Shown piece after piece: positions 9,745-20,007 of a DNA stretch of 52,119 nucleotides. The notes below the pieces were generated by a model. It did not search any database, was not told where the DNA came from, and was given only the letters and a program-made list of their open reading frames with translations. The position numbers and the translations under genes are program-made. The stretch covers positions 1-52,119 of the forward strand of contig CAYNBE010000001.1 of assembly GCA_964395045.1 (NCBI GenBank), written 5' to 3'. How positions within the stretch are numbered: the stretch's first letter is position 1; every line of letters begins with the position of its first letter. Origin of the DNA: an uncultured Prolixibacteraceae bacterium. GTDB taxonomy: Bacteria; Bacteroidota; Bacteroidia; Bacteroidales; Prolixibacteraceae.

Positions 9745-10545
9745 ATGGAGGATAACCTGCATGAAGAGTGGACACTGATCACCGGAGCCAGTCAGGGAAT
9801 CGGAAAAGCACTGGCATTAGAGTGTGCAAAGCGGGGCATGAACCTTTTCCTGGTTGCGCTTCCCTCATCGGGACTTGGAGAGGTTTCTGCACAAATCACA
9901 CAAAAGTTTGGTGTGAAGGTCGAATACCTCGAAACCGATCTGACCCGCATGGACTCCTGCAATGAAGTGTACCGGTATTCAAAATCAAAAGGGTTGAATA
10001 TAAATGTTCTTATAAACAATGCCGGAATTGGTTACAATGGGAAGATTGATGTCATGCCGGCTGAAAATGTGGACCAGATGATCATGCTGAATGTCAGGGC
10101 AACCACGATGTTGGTATATCTCTACCTTTCCGACCTGATGGCGAGGACCAGGGCATATATCCTGAACGTGGGCAGTATGGCGGCTTATTCCCCGTTACCG
10201 GGAAAATGCATCTATGCGGCATCAAAGGCTTATATCATGTTTCTGTCAAAGGCACTGGCCAAAGAATTGAAGAAAAGCTGTGTATCGGTTACATCGGTGT
10301 ATCCTTACGGCGTGATGACAAATGATATTGTTAAAGAGAGAATCAATAAATCGGGAATTTTGGCCAGGAGTGCTGTTTTGGAGGCAGATGAAGTTGCTGC
10401 TGTTTCTATTAGCGGGATGCTGAAAAGAAAAAGCATCCTGATTCCCGGAAAGATGGGAAAAGTGTTGTTTTATACCGGATTTCTCATCCCGCAGGGCCTT
10501 GTGCTGAAAATTATGGAAAGGGAGTTCAGAAGGGCTCCTGTTTAA
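9745..10545 (+). CDS. Classical short-chain dehydrogenase/reductase
   Basis: TGASQGIG, NNAG, YAASK. Confidence 0.92.
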   Translation: MEDNLHEEWTLITGASQGIGKALALECAKRGMNLFLVALPSSGLGEVSAQITQKFGVKVEYLETDLTRMDSCNEVYRYSKSKGLNINVLINNAGIGYNGKIDVMPAENVDQMIMLNVRATTMLVYLYLSDLMARTRAYILNVGSMAAYSPLPGKCIYAASKAYIMFLSKALAKELKKSCVSVTSVYPYGVMTNDIVKERINKSGILARSAVLEADEVAAVSISGMLKRKSILIPGKMGKVLFYTGFLIPQGLVLKIMEREFRRAPV

Positions 10546-10852
10546 GATTAATTCCCGAACCCCCTGCCTGCCATTCCGCCAGAATGTGGTAAAAGTTTGA
10601 TTAAAAGAAACAATGAAGATTTTAGATTCGCAAACTGATATGAACCTGCACCTTTTATTCTTGTAATGTTCTTATGCTCTAGTGTTATTAAATTTAAACA
10701 CAGGACATAAAGTGAGGCCGGAAAGAACTACAGGTATAAGTATATTATTCAAATTTTCAAATACTTGCTGTTATTGATTCTTCCCCTGAAACTTTATTTT
10801 ATAAGTTAGTGTAATTCAATTCAAGCTTTAAATAGTATTAATAAGTCCTTAT

Positions 10853-11638
10853 ATGAGTGGAGTATGTGTAATAACAGGTGCAGCTTCCGGCCTCGGATTT
10901 GAATTTGCCCGTCTTGCTGCTGCTGACCAGTATGACCTGGTATTGGTTGATCAGGATACCGGGGGGTTGGAACGGGCGAAACGTTTACTGGAAGCAGAGT
11001 GCAGAGTTGGTGTTGAAACGGTCAGTTGCGATCTGGGTGTACCCTGTGCCGCCGACGAACTGTACAGAACCATCCGGGGTAAGAGTGTGGAGGTTCTCAT
11101 CAATAACGCAGGCTTTGGATTGTACGGAAAGTTTTTGGAGACAAACTGGGAAACAGAAGAAAAAATGATTTACCTGCACATACATACTCCGGTTCGGCTT
11201 ATCAAGCTGTTTATGAGGGAAATGTCAGGACGGGGCAGGGGCATGATCCTGAATGTTTCATCGCTTGCATCCTTGCAGCCGGGACCCTTCTTCTCGGTTT
11301 ATTCCGCATCAAAGGTGTTTCTGCAATCGTTCAGCCAGGCTGTTGCAACAGAAATGAAAGGGTCAGGGGTAACAGTTACTGTTTTTTGCCCTGGTCAGAC
11401 CAAGACAGGATTTGCCAAAGGTGTGGCCCAGCGTTCGGGCTCAAAAGAGAGCAGGGTCCCTGTTTTTTCATCCTCTGCAGAAAGGGTGGCAGCCATCGGA
11501 TACCGTGGTATGAAAAATGGAAGAATCCTGGTGATCCCAGGATTCCTGAATAAATTATTGGCTGCACTGGCCCGTCTTGTTCCCGGTCCTGTCTCAGCCT
11601 CCATCAACGGGACGATTCAGCAGAGAATCAGAAAATAG
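10853..11638 (+). CDS. Classical short-chain dehydrogenase/reductase
   Basis: TGAASGLG, NNAGFG, YSASK. Confidence 0.92.
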   Translation: MSGVCVITGAASGLGFEFARLAAADQYDLVLVDQDTGGLERAKRLLEAECRVGVETVSCDLGVPCAADELYRTIRGKSVEVLINNAGFGLYGKFLETNWETEEKMIYLHIHTPVRLIKLFMREMSGRGRGMILNVSSLASLQPGPFFSVYSASKVFLQSFSQAVATEMKGSGVTVTVFCPGQTKTGFAKGVAQRSGSKESRVPVFSSSAERVAAIGYRGMKNGRILVIPGFLNKLLAALARLVPGPVSASINGTIQQRIRK

Positions 11639-11639
11639 A

Positions 11640-12959
11640 TCAGCAGCCTTCGGCAGTTCCCTCGGCTTTCTGTTTGAACCATGAAAGCGGATAAGAACTT
11701 GGCCTTTCAATGGGCATCCCGTACAACCGGTCGAGAATAAGTTGAGCGAGTACACCCAGAGACCTGGACACTCCGAATAGTACAGTGTAAAAGTTGTATT
11801 CCGTGATTCCGTAATGGTGGAGCAGTGCCCCGCTGAATGAATCCACATTTGGCCATGGATTTTTGATTTTTCCTGTTGCTTCCAGTATGGGAGGAGCAAC
11901 CCTGTAAATGGCATTGACCAGGTTGACCAGTTTGTCGTTCTTTACATATTTTTCGGCGAATTCCTGCTGAACTGTAAATCTTGGATCGGTAATCCGGAGA
12001 ACAGCATGTCCGTATCCGGGAACAACACGACCTTCTTTCAGCGTTTTTTCGATATAATCAGCTATCTGGGCATCTGTTGGTTCTTCGGTTCCGAGATTTT
12101 CCATCATTTCGAACATCCAATGGACAACCTCCTGGTTGGCAAATCCATGCAAGGGGCCTGCCAGACCTGTCATTCCGGCAGCGAACGAATAATATGCATT
12201 GCTTAGTGCAGAACCAACCAGGTGAGTGGCATGTGCCGATACATTTCCTCCTTCATGGTCGGCATGGATGACCATGTAGAGCCGGAGCAACCTCTTGACT
12301 TCGAGGGAGTCGAACCCCATCATATAGGCAAGGTTGCCCGCCCAGTCCAGATTGTGATTCGGCTCGATGTGATGTCCGTTGTGATAAAGCTTGCGGTAGA
12401 TATAGGCTGCAATGATTGGGAGACGTGCAATCAGGTTCATTACATCTTCATACATGAAGTCCCAGTAAAACTTTTTATGCACTCCTGCCCGGTAAGCCTT
12501 TTGAAAAACAGATTCAGTCGCCATCGAAAGAATGGCTGTGCTGAACATGGTCATCGGACGTGCAATATGTGGCATGGCATCGATTACGTCAAACACATGC
12601 TGGGGAACAGCCGAACGGGTGGCCCAGTCGCGTGAGATGTTCAGAACATCCTCTTTGTCTGGAATTTCACCGATCAGCATCAGGTAAAAAAGTCCTTCGG
12701 GGAGGGGTTCCCCTTCGGGGGTCAGTTTGGGCAATTTCTGCCTCAGTTCCGGAAGTGAAAATCCCCGGAAACGGATACCTTCATTGGCATCAAGTTTCGA
12801 GGTATCGGTGACAAGAGCAGGAATCCCTTTTTGTCCTGACAGGATCTGGTCGATTGTTACTTCGGCTATCACCTTGTTGCCGTACTCTTTTCTGATCCTC
12901 TGAAACTCAGTCACACAGGTGCTAGCTTTCTGAAAAAATCTGTTTTTAATGTATTCCAT
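11640..12959 (-). CDS. gltA: Citrate (Si)-synthase, eukaryote-like type
   Basis: GIRFRG, HADHEGGNVSAH, GLAGPLHGFANQEV, VVPGYGHAVLR..DPR, NPWPNVD. Confidence 0.96.
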   Translation of the reverse strand: MEYIKNRFFQKASTCVTEFQRIRKEYGNKVIAEVTIDQILSGQKGIPALVTDTSKLDANEGIRFRGFSLPELRQKLPKLTPEGEPLPEGLFYLMLIGEIPDKEDVLNISRDWATRSAVPQHVFDVIDAMPHIARPMTMFSTAILSMATESVFQKAYRAGVHKKFYWDFMYEDVMNLIARLPIIAAYIYRKLYHNGHHIEPNHNLDWAGNLAYMMGFDSLEVKRLLRLYMVIHADHEGGNVSAHATHLVGSALSNAYYSFAAGMTGLAGPLHGFANQEVVHWMFEMMENLGTEEPTDAQIADYIEKTLKEGRVVPGYGHAVLRITDPRFTVQQEFAEKYVKNDKLVNLVNAIYRVAPPILEATGKIKNPWPNVDSFSGALLHHYGITEYNFYTVLFGVSRSLGVLAQLILDRLYGMPIERPSSYPLSWFKQKAEGTAEGC

Positions 12960-12983
12960 GATAGTAATTTATTGATTTGATGA

Positions 12984-14258
12984 TTAATGCATGTTTGCAA
13001 TGACTTCTTCTGCAAATTCCCTGGTTGAGAGCAATGTGGCTCCTTCCATCTGGGAATAGAGATCGGTGGTTACTTTTCGTTTCGAAAAGGTATGGTCCAG
13101 AGCATCGTAAACGTGTTCGGCAGCTTCGTCCCAACCCAGGTATTCGAGCATCATCACACCCGACAGGATCAGTGAACCGGGATTGGCTATCCCCATTCCG
13201 GCAATATTTGGAGCTGTCCCGTGGGTAGCTTCGAAAATGGCATAACCGGTATCGTAATTTATATTGGCTCCCGGTGATATACCAATCCCTCCCACCATGG
13301 CAGCCAATTGATCGGAAACAAAATCGCCGTTGAGGTTCATAGTTGCAATCACAGAGTAATCGTAAGGGTGCAGGAGCGATTCCTGAAGAAAAGCATCCGT
13401 GATCACATCTTTCAAAATTACTTTTCCCGATTTTTTTGCTAGTGCAAGCGCATGATCTGCTTCGGTTTTCCCCGAGAGCACTTTCAACTTTTCATATTGC
13501 CGCCAGGTAAAGGTTTTGTCAGGGAATTCGGTTTCAGCCAGGGAATAGCCATAGTTTTTAAATGCACCTTCGGTATACTTCATGATGTTCCCTTTGTGAA
13601 CAAGGGTCACCGATGGAAGATGATGTTCAATGGCGTACCGGATGGCTGCCCTGATGAGCCTTTCCGATCCTTCTTTCGATACCGGCTTTACTCCGTATGA
13701 TGAGGATTGGGGAAACCTGATATTGACGACACCCATCTCTTTTTCAAGAAACTCACGGAATTTTAATGCGGTTTCCGTTCCTGCCATGAATTCAATCCCG
13801 GCATAGATATCTTCGGTATTTTCACGGAAAATGTGCATATCGACCATATCAGGGTAACGGACAGGGGAGGGGACTCCTTTGAACCACCTTACTGGTCTCA
13901 GACAGACATAGAGATCGAGGGTTTGCCGCAATGCTACGTTCAGCGAACGGATTCCTTCTCCTACAGGGGTTTCAAGAGGCCCTTTTATTCCTACCAGGTA
14001 CTGCCGGAATGCTTCCAGCGTTTCTTCCGGGAGGTATTCTCCCGTAAGGTCAAGCGCTTTTTTCCCGGCATAAACCTCTTTCCACACGATTCCCCTCTGC
14101 GGTCCATATGCTTTGTAAACAGCTGCATTGAGGACATCCTGCGCCGGGGCTGTGATATCTTTCCCGATCCCGTCGCCTTCGATAAAAGGAATCACCGGAT
14201 AATCAGGCACTACCAGACCGTTGCCTGTCATTCTGATATGTTGATTTATATTTTTCAT
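12984..14258 (-). CDS. icd: Isocitrate dehydrogenase, E. coli-like homodimeric type
   Basis: [60 protein letters not shown]. Confidence 0.95.
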   Translation of the reverse strand: MKNINQHIRMTGNGLVVPDYPVIPFIEGDGIGKDITAPAQDVLNAAVYKAYGPQRGIVWKEVYAGKKALDLTGEYLPEETLEAFRQYLVGIKGPLETPVGEGIRSLNVALRQTLDLYVCLRPVRWFKGVPSPVRYPDMVDMHIFRENTEDIYAGIEFMAGTETALKFREFLEKEMGVVNIRFPQSSSYGVKPVSKEGSERLIRAAIRYAIEHHLPSVTLVHKGNIMKYTEGAFKNYGYSLAETEFPDKTFTWRQYEKLKVLSGKTEADHALALAKKSGKVILKDVITDAFLQESLLHPYDYSVIATMNLNGDFVSDQLAAMVGGIGISPGANINYDTGYAIFEATHGTAPNIAGMGIANPGSLILSGVMMLEYLGWDEAAEHVYDALDHTFSKRKVTTDLYSQMEGATLLSTREFAEEVIANMH

Positions 14259-14369
14259 TTTTAGTCTTTTTCACAACTTCTCCTTTTGTTTATGCATACA
14301 GGCAACTCCATCCAAACATGGTTCTTCCCTGCATATATAAACCAGGATCCAAGAAAAATGTTCTGCAGA

Positions 14370-15602
14370 TCAATGCAAAATGTATTTTTCTCTTAGAGTA
14401 TTGTCAATGGCACTCAGAAACTGCTCTGTGGTCAGGTAGTGATCCGGTTTCAGATTTTCACCATGAATGATCAATGCGAGGTCTTTGGTCATCATTCCTT
14501 TTTCCACGGTTTCGGTGCAGGCTTTTTCCAGTGTTTTGGTAAAATGGATGAGTTCGGGGGTCTGGTCCAGTTTACCGCGGAAAGCCAAAGCCCTGGTCCA
14601 GGCAAAGACCGAAGCAATCGGATTGGTCGAAGTGGGTTTCCCCTGCTGATGGAGACGGTAGTGTCTGGTAACTGTCCCATGTGCTGCTTCTGCTTCCATG
14701 GTTTTTCCATCGGGTGTGACCAGTACTGAAGTCATCAGTCCGAGCGAACCGAATCCCTGGGCAATGGTATCGCTTTGAACATCCCCGTCGTAATTTTTGC
14801 ATGCCCAGACAAAACCTCCCTCCCATTTGAGTGCTGAAGCGACCATATCGTCGATGAGCCTGTGTTCATAAGTGATCCCTTCGTTCCGGAATTTTTCTTC
14901 GAACTCGTTTTCAAAAACCTCCCTGAATATATCCCGGAATCTTCCGTCATAATTCTTCAGGATGGTATTCTTTGTCGAAAGGTAAAGCGGCCATTTCTTT
15001 TCGAGAGCCTGGTTCATGCAGGCGCGTGCAAAGCCGCGTATCGAATCGTCGGTGTTGTACATAGCAAGCGCAACCCCATCACTCTGAAAGTTAAACACAT
15101 CGAACGATAACGGCTGGGTTCCGTCGTCAGGGGTGAATGAAATGGTCAGTTTGCCTTTCCCTTTTGTCACGAAATCGGTGGCCCTGTACTGGTCGCCAAA
15201 AGCATGGCGGCCGATGCAGATCGGCTTTTTCCAGCCGGGTACCAAACGGGGTATGTTTGAAATCAGGATGGGTTCCCTGAAAACGGTCCCGTCCAAAATG
15301 TTCCGGATCGTCCCGTTGGGTGACTTCCACATTTTTTTCAGGCCGAATTCCCTGACTCTCTCTTCATCGGGAGTAATGGTTGCACATTTAATCCCGACCC
15401 CGTACCGGAGAATGGCAAGGGCGGCATCGACGGTTACCTGGTCGTCGGTGGCATCGCGGTTTTCGATCCCCAGGTCGAAGTATTTAAGGTCAATGTCAAG
15501 GTAAGGGAGGATCAATGTTTCCCGGATGGTTTTCCAGATGATACGGGTCATTTCATCCCCGTCTAACTCCACGACAGGATTGATCACTTTAATTTTCTTC
15601 AT
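14370..15602 (-). CDS. NADP-dependent isocitrate dehydrogenase, eukaryote-like (IDH1/2) type
   Basis: [49 protein letters not shown]. Confidence 0.96.
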   Translation of the reverse strand: MKKIKVINPVVELDGDEMTRIIWKTIRETLILPYLDIDLKYFDLGIENRDATDDQVTVDAALAILRYGVGIKCATITPDEERVREFGLKKMWKSPNGTIRNILDGTVFREPILISNIPRLVPGWKKPICIGRHAFGDQYRATDFVTKGKGKLTISFTPDDGTQPLSFDVFNFQSDGVALAMYNTDDSIRGFARACMNQALEKKWPLYLSTKNTILKNYDGRFRDIFREVFENEFEEKFRNEGITYEHRLIDDMVASALKWEGGFVWACKNYDGDVQSDTIAQGFGSLGLMTSVLVTPDGKTMEAEAAHGTVTRHYRLHQQGKPTSTNPIASVFAWTRALAFRGKLDQTPELIHFTKTLEKACTETVEKGMMTKDLALIIHGENLKPDHYLTTEQFLSAIDNTLREKYILH

Positions 15603-15609
15603 GGTATTT

Positions 15610-17874
15610 TCAGCTTTGATTTTGCAGGCTGATCAGGTTCAGGGCAGAACCTGCCTTAAACCAGCCGATTTGCTGGAGATTGTATGAATGGTTCAGCAGA
15701 ATGGTTTCTTTCCTGCCATCCTTGTGTACCAGCTCGAGGTGCAGGGATTTTCCGGGTGCAAACTCTGTCAGGTCGGTGAAATTGAACAAATCTTCCTCTC
15801 GGATTTTATCGTAATCGGCCTCGTTGGAAAAAGTCAGTGCGAGCATTCCCTGTTTTTTGAGGTTGGTTTCATGGATGCGTGCAAACGATTTCACGACAAC
15901 GGCTACAACCCCGAGGTGCCGGGGTTCCATGGCTGCATGTTCACGTGATGAGCCTTCCCCGTAATTGTGGTCGCCGACGATAATGGTCGGGATTCCTGCA
16001 GCCTTGTATGCCCGTTGGACGGCAGGCACCTCTCCGTATTCCCCTGTCAACAGGTTTTTCACTTTATTGGTCGAAAGGTTGAATGCATTAACGGCCCCGA
16101 TGAGCATGTTATTGGAGATATTGTCGAGGTGACCCCGGAAACGCAGCCAGGGGCCGGCCATGGAAATGTGGTCGGTAGTGCACTTTCCGGCAACTTTTAT
16201 CAGCAGCCTGGCACCCTTGATGTTCTTTCCGTTCCAGGCAGGGAAAGGGGTAAGTTTCTGAAGACGTTTTGATAGGGGATCGATAATTACTTCGATTCCT
16301 GAATTGTCGGCTGCCGGTGCCTGATACCCTGGATCCCGCACATCAAAACCCTTGGGAGGCAGTTCAAATCCCTCGGGAGGAGCCAGCTTTACCAATTCCC
16401 CCCGGTCGTTGACCAGAGAATCTTTGAGAGGATTGAAATCGAGCCTTCCGGCAATGGCAAGGGCTGTGACCAGTTCAGGTGATGTGACAAATGCGTGGGT
16501 ATTCGGATTCCCGTCGGCACGTTTTGAAAAATTCCGGTTAAAGGAGTGTACAATGGTGTTTTTTTCCCCCTTTTCGGCACCCGGACGTGCCCATTGTCCG
16601 ATGCAAGGGCCACAGGCGTTGGCAAACACTTTGCCTCCCACGGCTTCAAAAATCCGGATCAAACCGTCCCTTTCAATGGTGTATCTGACCTGTTCCGAAC
16701 CGGGTGTGACCGTAAACTCCGATTTGACCTTCAACCCGTTGTCAAGGGCTTGTTGAGCGACCGAAGCAGCCCTGGTGATGTCCTCGTACGATGAATTCGT
16801 ACAACTGCCGATCAATCCGACCGAGATTTCAACCGGCCATCCGTTTGTTTTTGCTTCATTACCCAGCTTCGAAATAGGAATGGCCCTGTCGGGAGTGAAA
16901 GGTCCGTTCACATGGGGCTCCAGTTCCGAAAGGTCGATTTCAATCAGCTGATCGTAATACTTCTCTGGATTTTCATCCACTTCCCGATCAGCCTTCAGAT
17001 CATTCCTGACTGGTTCAGCTGCTTCGACCAACTTCCGGCGACCGGTGGCTTCCAGATACCTGACCATGGCGTCGTCGTATGCGAAGAGTGAAGTGGTTGC
17101 CCCAACTTCAGCTCCCATGTTGCAGATGGTTCCTTTTCCGGTTGCCGAAATCGACCGGGCACCTTCTCCGAAATATTCGATGATATAACCTGTTCCGCCT
17201 TTTACGGTAAGAATCCCGGCCACTTTCAGGATGATATCCTTGGGGGATGACCAGCCGTTAAGTTTTCCAGTCAGTTTCACCCCGATCAAACGAGGCATTT
17301 TCAGTTCCCAGGGCATACCTGCCATGACATCAACCGCATCGGCGCCACCAACGCCGATGGCTATCATGCCCAGACCCCCTGCATTAGGTGTGTGGGAGTC
17401 AGTCCCGATCATCATTCCGCCCGGAAAGGCATAATTTTCTAGAATAACCTGATGAATAATCCCCGCTCCCGGTTTCCAAAACCCGATCCCGTATTTGTTC
17501 GATACCGATTCAAGGAAATTGTAAACTTCACTGTTGAATTCCATCGCTTTTGCCAAATCAGCTGAAGCTCCCGCATGTGCCTGGATCAGGTGGTCGCAGT
17601 GTACAGTAGTCGGAACCGCTGTTGTCTGCTTCCCGGCATTCATAAATTGCAACAGGGCCATTTGTGCAGTAGCGTCCTGCATGGCTACCCTGTCAGGATT
17701 AAAATCGACGTACGATTTCCCGCGTTCATAAGGTACGAAGTCCTGAAACCTGTCCAAATGTGCATAGAGGATTTTCTCGGCGTATGTGAGCGGCTTTCCC
17801 AGCCTCTTCCGGACAACTTCTACTTTTTCAGAGTACCCGGAATAAACCTTCCTGATGAGTTCAAGATCAAACAT
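15610..17874 (-). CDS. Aconitate hydratase, mitochondrial-like type
   Basis: [58 protein letters not shown]. Confidence 0.96.
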   Translation of the reverse strand: MFDLELIRKVYSGYSEKVEVVRKRLGKPLTYAEKILYAHLDRFQDFVPYERGKSYVDFNPDRVAMQDATAQMALLQFMNAGKQTTAVPTTVHCDHLIQAHAGASADLAKAMEFNSEVYNFLESVSNKYGIGFWKPGAGIIHQVILENYAFPGGMMIGTDSHTPNAGGLGMIAIGVGGADAVDVMAGMPWELKMPRLIGVKLTGKLNGWSSPKDIILKVAGILTVKGGTGYIIEYFGEGARSISATGKGTICNMGAEVGATTSLFAYDDAMVRYLEATGRRKLVEAAEPVRNDLKADREVDENPEKYYDQLIEIDLSELEPHVNGPFTPDRAIPISKLGNEAKTNGWPVEISVGLIGSCTNSSYEDITRAASVAQQALDNGLKVKSEFTVTPGSEQVRYTIERDGLIRIFEAVGGKVFANACGPCIGQWARPGAEKGEKNTIVHSFNRNFSKRADGNPNTHAFVTSPELVTALAIAGRLDFNPLKDSLVNDRGELVKLAPPEGFELPPKGFDVRDPGYQAPAADNSGIEVIIDPLSKRLQKLTPFPAWNGKNIKGARLLIKVAGKCTTDHISMAGPWLRFRGHLDNISNNMLIGAVNAFNLSTNKVKNLLTGEYGEVPAVQRAYKAAGIPTIIVGDHNYGEGSSREHAAMEPRHLGVVAVVVKSFARIHETNLKKQGMLALTFSNEADYDKIREEDLFNFTDLTEFAPGKSLHLELVHKDGRKETILLNHSYNLQQIGWFKAGSALNLISLQNQS

Positions 17875-18236
17875 TATATTTGGTTTTTATTTAATTGCTA
17901 TTAATACTATAATAACGAAAAGAACAGGTAAAAGTTGAGATTTCAGGTCAGAATTCATTAAAAACTTCTAAATATAATGAATTTCTCAAAAGTGAAAAAC
18001 CTCACTGTTGTCTTGTTGCCGGAAATGTGTCTGCAGGTTCTCCCTGACGGATTACAGGTTCAGTATTGTTTTATTGAAAATGCGGTCCTTCATTGTAAAA
18101 ACTGACAGAATGATTGTGCTTTTACTGCTCAGAAGAGGTGACAATGTGGTTACATTATCCCTGAAGTCGCCTTTTCAGCTGGATTTTCTATCTTTATTGC
18201 AAAAATCAGAATCACTTTTCAAACCTGACCGGAAAT

Positions 18237-18452
18237 ATGATAAATACAGCTTTGGTAATGATACCTTTGTTTTTTGGTTATTTCTTAACCGATCAGAAAA
18301 TGAAAGCCGAACAGAACAATCAACCGGCTGGGAAGGTGATTGCCGGTATCAATCTGACAGTAGCCGATGGAAGAAGTCTGATTGCCGAAGGTTTGACTTT
18401 CCATCCTGAAGTCATGGCAAAAATGAAATCAGGATTAATTATTGACAACTGA
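18237..18452 (+). pseudogene. Short ORF, possibly the N-terminal remnant of a conserved hypothetical protein
   Basis: LTVADGRSLIAEGLTFHPEVMAKMKSGLII looks like the start of a longer uncharacterised family (pattern LTV.E..RLIA....HP.V..A...G.II, from memory); the ORF stops right after it. Confidence 0.3.
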
Positions 18453-18512
18453 ATAAACCAATCCTGGTAAAACAGACAGATTATATTGCTTTTCTGAAAG
18501 GGAGCAGCCCGA

Positions 18513-19685
18513 TCAAAGGCTGCGGGTCAGGATTTCGACGAGATTTTCGTGCGATAGTTTTATGGGGTTGTTCTTCAGCGAAGTTTCATTACATAGTTGC
18601 ACCAGATCGTTTCCCGATATCCCGTACCGGGCCAGACGCGGAATTCTGAGATCAAGTGTCAGCTCATACAGGATCGAAATGAAACCGTCGATGTAATAAT
18701 CTTCAGACTTTCCTTCGGTTTCAAGAAAAATTCTTCCGAGCGTGCAATATTTGGCCAAAGACTCCGGATGATCGGAGGTTCTTCGTAATTCCCTGACATT
18801 AATTTCATTGGCAGCAGCCATAGTTGAGCCGCAGATGATCCCGTGCGGGATGTCAAACATACCCCCCAGCGAAGATGCAAAGCCGTGAATCACTCCCAAT
18901 CCGGCATTCGCAAGGCAGATTCCAGAAAGCAGGGCGGCATAGGACATTCCTGTCCTGGCTTCCAGATCCCAACCATCTGCCACACATTTTCGCAACGATT
19001 CTTTTACTGCTTTCACTCCCTCAAGGGCAAGACCGTCGGTAACTCTGTGAGCACTGACTGACAAGTATGCTTCGGTGAGCTGTACAAAGCAATCCATTCC
19101 GCAGGAAGCAGTAATATCGGGGGAACAGCCCAGCGCCAGAGTCGGATCGATGATGGCCATATCGGGGACAAAGTTGTCGTGTCGGATCGATTTTTTGAAT
19201 TTATTCCCTTCCGATCCCGACAAAACGGCATTTTTTGTGGCTTCGCTTCCTGTTCCTGCTGTGGTGGGGACAGCAATGAAAGGCTTCTTTGTGCCCGGAT
19301 GTTCTTTATTCCCGACTCCTTCGATGTATTCTGATACACTTTCTTTTTTATCGAGCATGGCTGAAATGGCCTTCCCGGCATCCATCACACTTCCGCCTCC
19401 GATACTGATGACAGCAGAAAAGTCGACTCCCCTGAACCTTTCAACGGTTTGGTCAACCATTTCCGCAGTGGGTTCAGAAGTAACTGTAACAAGATGATAT
19501 TCAATTCCGGCAGTTTCCATCTCCCGGAAGAGAATTCCGGCTGGTTGTGATGCAGCAAATGAACTTTTACCTGTTACCAGCATGACCGGATTCCCAAACT
19601 TCTTCAGGATAGAGGGCAGCTCCATGATTTTGCCTTTGCCGAAAGCTACCTGTGGCAATCCTGAAAACCGGAACGATTTCAGCAT
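18513..19685 (-). CDS. Iron-containing alcohol dehydrogenase
   Basis: IGGGSVMDAGK, VPTTAGTGSEAT, GMD, GLGVIHG, HGIIC. Confidence 0.95.
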   Translation of the reverse strand: MLKSFRFSGLPQVAFGKGKIMELPSILKKFGNPVMLVTGKSSFAASQPAGILFREMETAGIEYHLVTVTSEPTAEMVDQTVERFRGVDFSAVISIGGGSVMDAGKAISAMLDKKESVSEYIEGVGNKEHPGTKKPFIAVPTTAGTGSEATKNAVLSGSEGNKFKKSIRHDNFVPDMAIIDPTLALGCSPDITASCGMDCFVQLTEAYLSVSAHRVTDGLALEGVKAVKESLRKCVADGWDLEARTGMSYAALLSGICLANAGLGVIHGFASSLGGMFDIPHGIICGSTMAAANEINVRELRRTSDHPESLAKYCTLGRIFLETEGKSEDYYIDGFISILYELTLDLRIPRLARYGISGNDLVQLCNETSLKNNPIKLSHENLVEILTRSL

Positions 19686-19987
19686 GGATTCAGGTTCTCC
19701 GGTTCTATAATGTTGTATTTCACCCCTTTTCTCGGTTCAGCCATGTAATCCTGGACAGTATCCCTCCATATCAGGTAATGGGAAGTTTTTTTATGGAGTG
19801 CGGCTGCTTCATCCGAGATATAAGCTTCATAAACCATAAAACGGGAAGGATCATCGGCCTGCTGAACAAAATCAAAGCGGAGATTCCCAGGTTCTTTCAC
19901 CGATTCGAGATGATTGGTCCTTGTGGCGCGAATGAAATCCTGAATGTACTCAGGCTTTACATGAACATATACACAGGTTACGATCAT
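19679..19987 (-). CDS. ABM-family (LsrG/quinol monooxygenase-like) protein
   Basis: EPGNLRFD, FMVYEAY, HKKTSHY..W; overlaps the start of the Fe-ADH gene. Confidence 0.88.
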   Translation of the reverse strand: MIVTCVYVHVKPEYIQDFIRATRTNHLESVKEPGNLRFDFVQQADDPSRFMVYEAYISDEAAALHKKTSHYLIWRDTVQDYMAEPRKGVKYNIIEPENLNPC

Positions 19988-20007
19988 TTTTCAGAACTAA
20001 TTAATTT

